A stretch of 34,210 nucleotides of DNA from Jimgerdemannia flammicorona (Eukaryota), in contig RBNJ01000283.1 of assembly GCA_003990765.1 (NCBI GenBank), positions 1 to 34,210 on the forward strand. Direction: 5' to 3'. The notes under the pieces were generated by a model that was not told where the DNA came from, ran no database searches, and saw nothing but the letters and a program-made list of their open reading frames with translations. Positions 11,061-21,949 of the stretch are shown one piece after another. The stretch's first letter is position 1. Each line of letters begins with the position of its first letter. A program made the translations under genes and the position numbers.

Positions 11061-14000
11061 ATGGATATGAGACTGCCAGTATTCCATAAATATACCTCAG
11101 ATGAATCAATCATCACCTTCATTGATGATTTCGAGCAGTATATCACTGTAAGGACCCTGACAGCAGTACAGCAAGTAGCCCTCATGCTCTTCAGCCTATG
11201 AAGTCCTGCCAGAGTAGCATTTATAGCCACAACCCATGCAGGAAATGATGCCGATGCTATACTGACAGCACAGAAGACCTGGCTCTGAAATACATATTAT
11301 ACAGATGAGATCAAGCAAGCCCTGAAGGATCAGCTCAATACAATATGCCAAGGAATAAGTGAGGATCCAAACACATTCTATACCAGAATTCGATATCAGA
11401 TAATCCTTGCAGATTATGCTGCTGCTATCTGAGATCAAGTAGCTGAAGCAACCTTCATGAAAGGAGTCTATCCAGAAATAGCCATGGCTATCTGCTCATC
11501 ACTAGTGATTCTGGATCTGCAACAAAAGATCACCTATGCTCAGTGATACTGGATAGCCAGATATCTACAAGATCATACAATGGAGAGAGTTATAAGAGTC
11601 AGAATTGAGGTACCTAAGTCAACCAGTGTGATTCCCACCACAATGATCAATCAAAACACACCTCAGCCAAAAGCCATAGAGCAGCAAAAGAACAGTGACC
11701 CTATGGAGGAACTTGTCAAAAGGTTTGCCGAAATGACTGCCCACCTGAGAGATGTGGTAAAGGAAATTCAAAAAAGAGACCACCACCCTGTTCAGAAGTT
11801 TGCTGCCACCTCAGACAAGAAGAAAGGTACCTGCTACAGCTGTGGAGAAGAAGGCCACTACTCCTATGAATGCATGAGTAAAACCAAGCACAAGGTTCAA
11901 CCAAGCAATGCTACATGAAACAAGGAGTAGGCCAATACAATTACCTTCGAGGAAATTGGAGATTCTGATGAAGAAGAATGGGAGGCCTATCCTGCTCAGA
12001 CTACCAAGAAGGATGTTCACAAGGAACCCTACAAGAGACCACCAGGAAGATCCAAGAAGAACCCAGTAGAAAAGCAGATAGAAATGGCCACCAAAAGCCA
12101 AGCTGAAGAGATAGACCAAAATATGGAGCTGGAATAAGCAGTTCAAGATATCATCCAAGGAACCACTCCAGCCAGTGAAGGAGAAAAAGAAAAGAAGCTT
12201 CGCAAGACCAAGACCTTCAAGTATGATATCTTCAAGGACCTCAGTCAATAAAAGGTCAATGCAACCTTTGGTCAGCTTGCAGAAATCCCAACATTCAGAT
12301 AGCAAATGAGGTTTGGACTTATCAAAACAACTAAGGAACAAGAATGGAAGATAACTGAGACCAATAATGTTCAAGAGGACTCAGGAGAAGAAAGTGAGAA
12401 CAATTGCAAAACCTCTGCTTATGCAACATACCAAATCGAAGATAGAATCTTTGAAGCCATCATTGATATGGGAGTAGGAGGATGTCTCCTCAGCAAGAAG
12501 ACAGTGGACCACCTAGGTTGGGATGTGAAAGAAGCAACTAAGCTGGTGTTCATCACAGCTAATAGCATAAGAGCCACATCTCTGAGAAAGATCTGAGATG
12601 TTCCCATCAAGATTGGAGAAGCAACCATCTCAGTAGATGTAATTGTAACCAATGCCACCAACTATGACATCCTCATCAGCAATCAATGGCTTCACAAAGC
12701 TAAGGCAGTAATTGATCTCAATGCCCAGAAGATGCAGATCACCTACCAGGGACAGAAGATATGAATTCCCATCAATGTCAACAAAGGAGTCCTGCCCAAT
12801 ATAGAGGAAGAAGAGAGTGAGCAAGAGGAAGCTTATATGGTGACTACTCTAAAGAAGAAGAAAGTTGGATGGATAAGTAAAGAAGAATGGTGCAAGAAGA
12901 TTGCAGAAGATTATGTCCCACAAGGAGTCTGTCCTCATGGAATCAAGATGTACTGTATGGAGCATATCAATGATTGCTACCAGTGTACCATCAGAATCAA
13001 GAAGATCCACCAGGAAAGAAGGCAGAAAGCTCTCGAAAAACAGATCAGGGAAGAAGAGAAGGAGGAAGATGACAAACCACCAGCCCTCCTAGAGGATAGT
13101 GATGATGATGAAGAAATCAAGGTTAAGATTTGAAAGATCCACCCTGATGCAGTCTTGCCAGAATACAAGTCAGAAAATGCAGCCAGAATGGATATCACTA
13201 CAGTAGAAGAGACTGTACTGGAACCCCAGACAACCACCCTACTCACAACTGGACTGGAAATGACCATTCCAAAAGACCATGTCAGAATCCTCAAGACAAG
13301 AAGCAGCCTGGCCAGAAGTGAAATTACTATTGAAGGAGGAGTCATCAATTCAGACTATACTGGAGAAATTCTGCTCATTGCCAGGAATCACAATCCTACA
13401 ATTCCATTCCCAGTCAAGAAGAAGGACCGATTGGCACAGATGTTGATCTTCCCAATCATATAACCAAGGATCATAGAAGTCAAGAATCTGGAGGAAATGA
13501 AAAGAGGAAAGAAAGGATTTGGATCTACAGGAAAAGGAGTATTTGCCAGCACCAAGATCACCGAACTCAAGTATAAGAAGGAGGAAAACACAAGCAAGCA
13601 CAGTTACACCATCGGAAATGAATTTCCACTCAAGAAAGAACTTAAGAAAATACTCCATGAATTCGAAGATATCCTTATCACAGATTTCAAGAATATCAAA
13701 GGAAAGACCCCATACTACTATTATGAAGTAGATACTGGAAACACCAAACCAATTTATCAGAAGACCCTACTGAGAATGGCTCAGAGAAGAAATCAAGCAG
13801 ATGGAAGAAGCCAGCATCATTAAAGAAGCCAGCAGCCCCTGGTCCTCACCTGTTGTACTAGCCCCAAAAAAGGGCAGCAAGCCTGGAGAATTTGCCCCAA
13901 GACTCTGTGTTGACTACAGAAAGCTCAACATGGTTACCAAAAAGGATTGCCAACCACTGCCCCTCATCAATGACATTCTCATAACATTAGGAGATAAAGC

Positions 14001-15036
14001 ACAGTACTACAGCACTTTGGACTTATACTCAGGATTCCACCAAATTGGACTCACAGACATGGTAAGTGAAAAGTCAGCTTTCATCACCCTAGATGGAACC
14101 TATGTCTACCTATGAATACTATTTGGAATGTGCAATGCACCAGCAAGTTTTCAGTGAATGATGAACAAAATCTTCCGCTATAACATGGGAAGATGGATGA
14201 TGGTCTATATTGACAATGTAATCATCTACAGCAAGACACCTGAGGAACACCTGTAGCACATCTGGCAGATAATGGAAAGACTGAGAAAGCATGGCCTATA
14301 CATTAAGCCCAAAAAATGCAAATTCGCAGAAATCGAGATCTTCTATCTTGGCCACATCATCAACTGAGATGGAACATACACAGACCCCCTCAAAATACAA
14401 GCAGTGGCAGCATACCTAAGACCCACCACTGTTACAGAAGCCCAAGCCTTCATGGGACTTGCCTCCTATTATTACAGATTTATTAGAGGATTTTCTAATA
14501 TTGCAGGACTAATCTATGAACTTAACAAGAAGGATACCAAGTTCCAGTGGACTGGTAGACAACAAAAAGCATTTGATGAACTCAAGGTCAGACTGACCCA
14601 GGCACCCATCCTCAGAAGACCTGACTGGACTCAAGAATTCATCCTACAGACTGATGCAAGTGCATAAGAACTAGAAGCAGTCCTAGCTCAAAAGAAAGAT
14701 AAAGTGGAGTATGTCATCACATACCTCAGCCACAGAACCCAAGGAGGTGAAAAAGAATATGAATCCTACAAGTTGGAATGCCTTGCAGTCATCTGGGCTA
14801 TAGAAAAGTTTCACTACTACTTGGCTGGAAGATACTTCACCATTCAAATGGACCACTCAGCTCTCATCTGGTTACTGACAACTGGACAACCCAAAGGAAT
14901 CTATGCCAGATGGATAATGAAGTTGCAAGCTTATGATGTAACCATTGTACACCACTCTGGAAGAACCAATGCCAATGCAGATGCCCTCTCACGGATACTC
15001 CGAACTACCTCCAATCAATAAATCAATCATAAATAA
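11061..15036 (+). pseudogene. Element B ORF1: gag-PR-dUTPase-RT-RNase H
   Basis: CYSCGEEGHYSYEC, AIIDMGVG, dUTPase 13116-13532, SPWSSPVVL, RLCVDYRKLN, LDLYSGFHQI, QTDAS; small frameshifting deletion near 13766. Confidence 0.92.
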
Positions 15037-16221
15037 GGAGCTCTACTACAGAATTATCACATACCTGGAACAGCGAAAGATGCCCCAACATCTGGAAGAA
15101 TGGACACAAACAATTATCAACAGAACATAGAAACAATTCAAAACTGACAGAGAAATACTGAAGAAAGGAAAACTACTAGTTATATCAGAATACAAGAAGG
15201 AGTAAGTGATGAAATCAGTACATAAACTTGGCCATCTAGGAGGAATGAATACATATAACAAGGCAAGAAGAACAATATGGTGACCAGGGATAGAGGAAGA
15301 TATTAGACAATTCATTAAGACTTGTGACAAATGCTAGAAACAGAAATAAGACCAACAAAATCAAGCCCCAGGATCAGCACACATAGAACTAATACCATTC
15401 GCCCATATTGCAATGGATGTAATCAGCCCTCTACCCTTGACTTTGACTGGCAACCGATACATCATCACCATCATAGACCTTTTTACAAAATGGATAGAAG
15501 CAGGACCCCTTATGGAAGTCAATATACAGTCAATTGCCAATTTCTTCTACAAAGACATCACCTACCAGTTCAAGACCCCAACCAAGTAACTACAGATAGA
15601 GGAATGAAATTTGTGAACCAGTTCTTCGAAGTTCTCTACAAGAAGTACAAGATCCAGCATATTCGGATCACAGCATATCACCCTCAAGGAAACAGATAAG
15701 TAGAAAGGACTAATAAAACCCTCAAGAATGTTATTACTAAGATCTGCAATAACTACGAGAACTTGAATCACTATCTGCCAATAGCATTATCTGCTCTCTG
15801 GAATATCCGATCACAAAGTATCCATTTTACTCCTCGAGAAATGCTGTTCAGAGAAGAATGTTCTCAGGGAACTCTATCATCCAATGGAGATGCTGTATGG
15901 AAACATGTGGACATAGAAATATGGAGACTACACCAAATCAGGAAGAAGACTGAGGATTACATAACTAAGGTGCAGATACTACAATAGAAGAATGCAGAAA
16001 AGACCCACAAACCCTTAGAGATTATCAAGATAGAAGACAAAGTCCTAGTGTATTGGAATATGGTAGAAGCTTCATGGTCACGAAAACTGGAGCCCAAGTG
16101 GAAAAGACCTTACCTTGTGCAAGATATAAAAGGGACCACCTTTTGGCTATGAAAACCCTTAGGCACAATAATCTCCACCACCATTCACTGAAACCAACTC
16201 AAGAAATATCATGGCCAGTAA
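15029..16221 (+). pseudogene. Element B integrase ORF
   Basis: HKLGHLG...CDKC, MDVISP, TDRGMKF, YHPQGN, LEPKWKRPY; +1 frame relative to RNase H. Confidence 0.88.
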
Positions 16222-16672
16222 CAAAAGTACTACAATGGCACTCAAGATCACTAGTGCTGCCCAAAGAGCCATTGAGAGACAATGGTATACCACTGAGCCT
16301 CTGACCATAGAGGAGTCTTATGACAGTATCCAAAGCATTGTGCAGACTCATCTCTCTCAGATCTCATACTTCAAGGCCTATCAGTATTGAAACGAATTTC
16401 AAAAGTACTTCAAACTTGGCCAAGTACTCAACCAAGACCCAGAAATGACCAAAGAAAATTGGATCACAGAATGCCAGCTCTCCTATTTCCAGATTACCAT
16501 TACTAAGAGAATCTACAAGCTATTCTGAGAGGATGAACCAGCACTAGCCCACCTATAAGGAGTGACTCCCTCAGACTTTGACTGAGTCAGGCAACACTAT
16601 TGGGAAATAGTAATGCAACAAATCACACAATACAAGACCATATAGACCATTGAAGCCTGGGAGTTTGAATAG
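16211..16672 (+). pseudogene. Element B ORF3, uncharacterised ~153 aa accessory protein
   Basis: 462 nt ATG to TAG, same length and frame as D 24976-25437. Confidence 0.75.
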
Positions 16673-16709
16673 ATACTTTAAGGATGAGATCATCTATTCA
16701 GGAGGAAGT

Positions 16710-17175
16710 TGTGATGGTATAGCCAGATTCGGAAGAAGGAAATAGAGAACAGATACTTGATCGTACCTAGTCCCAAAGTAGTATAGCCACATAGTTAGCA
16801 GTCCCCAATTTCGCCATTTGCTAAATATTTCACAAAGTGTAAGATCGAGCTTCTCGATATAGTATAGCATTTTGCAACTGGCAAAATATTTTGCAAAGTG
16901 TTAAATGACTCATAACTTAGCTATATAATCCAGTAACCATCTCATAGCTAGCAAACTTATATAAATAACTCAGTATCTTTGAGTGAATAAACCTCAGATC
17001 AAAATAGTTCAAAGCAAAGAGATAGCAAAGGAACTAGTAAGCCTGTGGGCAGATATACTTCAAACTCACCCACCCTCCCCTACAACTCAAGAGACTCTGC
17101 AAGAGTCAAAACAGTCAAGTTTACAAGATACAGAAATCCGACATACTTTCAAGAGTAAGCATCCACTATATTACA
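16710..17175 (+). repeat. Element B 3' LTR (466 bp)
   Basis: Direct repeat of 10477-10946. Confidence 0.93.
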
Positions 17176-17179
17176 GTAT

Positions 17180-17525
17180 ATAAAGAAGACTTGTTTTTGG
17201 AATTGAACTGACTCAATCTGAGGTTTATTCACTCTAGATACTAGGGATATTTATACAAGTTTGTATGCTAATTCTGCTACTAAATATATAGCTAAGTAAT
17301 AAGTCTTTTCATGTGAAATTCCCATCTATATCTCAGATAGAATCTTATGTAAAATCCTATCTGAATTTCATGAAAGTAACAAGAGTTTCACTGATAATGT
17401 TTTAGATATAGTATCTATAGTAAAGGTAATTTCTACACTATAATAAATCAAGAAATCAGATTCAGGTACTATGAACAAATATCTATTCCCCTGATTCTTA
17501 TTTCTATTTTATACTATATATCACA
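17180..17525 (-). repeat. Element C 5' LTR, second part
   Basis: Matches 308-382 joined to 8780-9049; ends TCACA followed by TSD ATAG. Confidence 0.88.
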
Positions 17526-18213
17526 ATAGTTATTCTATTAAATATTAATTATATAATCTCTATAATTTCAAAATTTGTAAAGTAAGTTCAATCTAATTAT
17601 TTAGTATACTTCTAGAGAAATAATACAAGAAAGGTTAGAGTTCTGTTTTTTTTTTTTTTTTTTTTTAATTATATTTCTAGATCAAGTCATCAAACAGCCC
17701 ATTGTATTTATTCAATGTTTAACCCATATTCTCAACATTAATAAGTACAAACATCCCATTCATTGTGCTCTTGCTTTTGGCAGCAGGTAATATTACCCTG
17801 CTGTAATATTGAATATAAACACATGCATCACGGATTCTAACATTCAGCAATGGATATATGTGATAACCACATATGGAGTCATTGAGAGAGCAATAAACAC
17901 TTACAATTATTTTTTTTTCTAATATTGAAGTACCGCCAGGGTGCTCTCCAAAAATAAGAGAACATTAAGAAGGTGGCTAGGTCAATAATACGGTTGAGCT
18001 CTAATCGTCATTACATGGGGAAAGGTCCGCGGCGGTCGCTGGAGAAACATCAAAGCGCGACTCTTAATTACGAGAAAGGACATCATTTCTCGGGCGCCTC
18101 TCCATCTATTGTCATTTCAAATCGTGAAAGGTACACGACATCAAGGTTGTGGGTAGTATCAAGGGAGGGGTTTTCGAGGTTTAAGGGATAGTCGGGAAGG
18201 ACGCGTTGGCGGT

Positions 18214-19594
18214 TTAGCAGGTAGAGATACTCATGTGGACGCTGAATACAAATAATAATAATAATAATAATAATACTCATGTCAAAAACCGCGCCAGTTT
18301 AACGCAATCGATATGTAGCATATGAGGAGAAATAAAATGATACGTACTTCCAGTATAGGCGATGGGCGGCAATACTAGTGAAGGGAACGACAGAGTTTGA
18401 ACAGGTAGAATCCTCATCGATGACGCAGTTCACTGTATAAAATAGGGAATTGGTGAATCGGTCATAACACATTGACGACAAATTATACGTCTTGTCGGTC
18501 TACCATACATACCAACAGTACCCGCAGAATCCTCGATCCAATACTCGCTGGCGTGGTGTTTGTACCCGAAAGACTCCGGAGGCAAGTGGGGGACGATGTC
18601 GTTCCGGTTGACAGTGCGGTAGAACGGAAGCTTGAGGCTATCGACATAGGTGGAGAAAGTAGGATCGCCGACGCGGGGTTCACCTTCATATCATCGGGAC
18701 AAATCATAATGTCGGTTAGCATCCGTCTCGCAATTTTTGGAATTAGCCAAAAGGTAGTTGTAAAGACCTACCATAAGTGTAGATCACCATATTCTTGCTG
18801 GTATAACCCGCGTTCTGGTAGAAATCCAAGGCCTGGAGGACGGTGAGAGCGCCACCCAAACTATGACCAACCATGTAAAGAGTGTAGCCGGGATGGTTGT
18901 TTATCTGCTCGACAACGGTAGGGTAAACGATACTGCGAGCATCCTGGAAGGACTCGAGGAAGCCTGAGAGATTTTGTGTGAAATTAGTGAGTTCGTGTGA
19001 TTGTATTTACAGATGTCAACGTATTGTCAATGTAAAATATTTCAGAATTATATTTCACTGACCAGTGTGAACATTGGCTCCAGGTACAGGGGGGTACTTA
19101 GAGTGAAAGAAATGAGAATCATGAATGAAGTTGTTGATGTTCGTCGAACCGCGGTACGCGACATAGATAGCTTTCTTGCCGTCGTTGCGAGCGATGAAGC
19201 CAATGGTGGCGGTCGCCGAGATGGAGAAAGTCTTAACGACGATGGTGTTTGGGAAGTTTCTGCAATAGGAATTGCAGGTAAGCTGACCACCGGCGCTGCC
19301 AACGCTGCAGTAAGCGGTGGAGGCGAGACGAGCGAAGTCTTGGAGAGTGCTGACCACGGCGCTTGTGACGGCGACACCGTTATTAGAGGATGAGAGGCGG
19401 GAAACAGCAACAGTGGAAGGGTAGCCGGTAACGGTCCAATTGGTTGCGAGGCCGTGCTGTTGCGGGGTCCCTGCTGGCAGCGTTTGGGTAGAGTGTTCAC
19501 CAGTCGTGGCGCGCCTTTCGAGTGGAGCCGCATTAACAAGCTGCACAGCAACGAGAACTGCAATTGCTTTAAGGACGAGGAACTTGAGAGTCAT
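18214..19594 (-). CDS. Secreted class 3 triacylglycerol lipase (Rhizopus/Rhizomucor-like), 335 aa; exons 19594-19063, 18963-18772, 18683-18513, 18432-18348, 18241-18214
   Basis: Signal peptide MTLKFLVLKAIAVLVAVQLVNA and APLERR; VAYRGS, VHTGF, GHSLGG (Ser), YGEPRVG, NDIVPHLP (Asp), CSNS..AAHRLYW (His); four GT-AG introns of 80-106 bp splice to a 1008-nt open frame. Confidence 0.93.
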
Positions 19595-21949
19595 TATCGG
19601 AGTCGGAGGAATGATGTTCAGGGAGTTGGAAAAGGGTAGCTACCGCTGGACCTACGAAGCTTCGAGTACATTGTGGCACGTCTATTTATCTATCTTGCAT
19701 ATTGTGGCTATGTACGTGGTCTATGTTGGTTGAGGATTTATTTGGATTTGTGAAATGCATGCAAACCACTTCGCTGCGAACTTCCAATTCACATTTTGTT
19801 GCACCTGGATCTACGGTGTTTCCCCCGCAAATTGCTCAACTTCACATTTAATTCATGCTGAGTAACAATGGCTGTGGCCGATTGACCGATATGGGACACC
19901 TTTGCCACAAAGAATCTGTATCGCCGTTGCTGTTGTGGTAGCTCTTAATCTATGTGGACACTTTCATGTCAGTATTCTTTATTAATAAACGTAGCAAATT
20001 CTCCTCTTATAGCAAATGCTCGTTCGTAATTGCCCAAAATAAAAATGCAGTAGGATATAATTATTACTAACTCTAGCTTGTACGATTAAAATTTATAGCT
20101 GTGGTAGCACGTAATCCCACGTTGGTTATGTGAATGAGCACGAGACATGAATAGGCTGTCGACGATCCTCGCTATGTAATACGGATTTGAAAGCAGAAAT
20201 GTCCTTCACATGCCTCTCTTCCGAACTGACAAAAAAGCAAAACAGTAATTAAGCATGCAGTAGCCAAGAGGACAAAACCAAAGCGAAAGGGCGCGGGATT
20301 GAAAGAAGTAACAAAGCATTTGTGGGAACTTCATTCATCAGCTGCCATGTTCAGTATTTCACATGGTATTCCATTATTCAAATGCTCGAAAAAAATCAAA
20401 GAGAGAAATGGTTGCTCTACACTCGATGGACATCGATTGAGACTAGGCCGGTTAAAGTTCGTGAGTAGAATGAATAACGACCCGCACTAGTAATATTAGT
20501 TGGTTCGCACCAGTAAAATTAGCGTAACTCATATGCTTGCCAAGAAAATTCGTATTTCTGCGATTTGAAGGGGATTGACCGTGAATAAGTTGAGAGCAAG
20601 ACTACTTCTTGGACCAATAGAAAAATAAATTTTGCAGGCTACAATTTTTCATCCATGCCCAGAAGAGAATTCAATGATAATGCTGCAGTAATAGCCACAA
20701 CTTCTTATTCAATCAAAGGAAACCGTGCTATATTGAGGATGTTTAGACCTTTTTTGGGAAAAAAAAAAAAAAAAAAAAGTGGCTGGTCGAGAAGCCGTAA
20801 CGACTCTCCAAGTCCAACATGAGTTATTTGCGATCCATCAATTATTATAAAAAATCTATGCTTCAAGGAGATGAATTAAATTCGTCGACCCTATCTATAT
20901 TCGAGTCTTTGGAGGTTCTTCGTCTAAGCAAAGATACTGCGGAGTTGAGCAGTATAAGCACAGTACGAATTGACATGGAAGTGTTATCCGTTCAAGCACT
21001 ATTATTCACTCTCAACTTAAAAATACCCCATTTTCGCTACATACTGCGGAACATTCGAGATATCCTCTGTTCATCATCTTCTCCGCGTCCAGCTCATCAT
21101 ATTCCTTCACTTCTCCTCCGGCGGCGTACGACATTACCAGAGTCACGTACGACGGCCAGTTCGATGGTGGCGTCGATGTGCGTTGGTGTGCGGCAGAATT
21201 TACCCTTGGTGCAAGTTCGTGCCGCATTTGAGATCGATGTTAGTGGGAGGCGTGAGTCTTCTCGTCGGTTTCGAGTGCAGCGTCGCGGTGGATCCGTTGA
21301 TGCAAGTTTGCTATGTAAGTTCTTGGCATTTTTTCTATTACGTTAGCAGTCGAAAGGTTTGATGGGGAACTAGCGATGCGCTTCTTATTACTCGGTGGGG
21401 TTGCCGCATCACGCCATCTTTAAATTTGTAATGGGAAGTGAGGAGACGGAAGGACAGAAGAAACAATAGGGGGGGTTTTTTTTTTTTACGTCTAAGAATG
21501 AGTGTCCCTACTACTCAAGACATGATTTCGTGTTTCATTCGCAATCTTGCTATCTCGAGACGTGAGCGTATTACAAGGTTCAATGGCACACATTGGCTGC
21601 GTGCTATATCAAGCAACACAGAAAATATCGTAGAACACAACAATTAAAGCCTTATAACTGTCTTCTGCATCTGCGCGTTTCGTCTGGTCAAAAAAGTACA
21701 TCTGCTTGACGAACCATTTGTCCTGCTCACCGGTTCTGTAGCAGGGACTTTGAATCAGCCAACTAATTATATGAGGCGAAGTTTATTAAAAAGTAATTAC
21801 CTTATGGCCTATCTGGATTGGAAAATATTTATCTCATGACTCGCACGAAAATAGAAAAGATTTTTTTTTTTGTGTTCCATATGATTGTGCTGGAGCCAGT
21901 CATTATTATTATTTAGGCAATTTTGTTAGTACCGATATTATCATTTAGT

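Larger units (their letters stand above)
10477..17175 (+). mobile_element. Element B: full-length decayed Ty3/gypsy LTR retrotransposon with dUTPase and ORF3
   Basis: LTRs 10477-10946 and 16710-17175 (TGTGA...TTACA); TSD GTAT; PBS at 10950; PPT AGGAGGAAGT 16700-16709. Confidence 0.95.
237..17525 (-). mobile_element. Element C: non-autonomous LTR retroelement, ~2.19 kb once A and B are removed; each LTR is interrupted by a gypsy insertion
   Basis: Two ~416-bp direct repeats (237-382 + 8780-9049 and 10406-10476 + 17180-17525) with TGTAA...TCACA/TTATA termini; 4-bp TSD ATAG (233-236, 17526-17529); minus-strand PBS ending at 10402; minus-strand PPT at 9050-9060; no coding domains in 9050-10405. 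Confidence 0.88.

Noticed and set aside
16211..16672. ORF3 as env or chromodomain
   Set aside because: No signal peptide, TM segment or chromodomain aromatic-cage pattern
18472..19733. Plus-strand and alternate-frame ORFs over the lipase
   Set aside because: Explained by the GC-rich lipase exons
20819..21346. 175-aa plus-strand ORF as a gene
   Set aside because: No recognisable motif; composition looks like antisense or non-coding sequence
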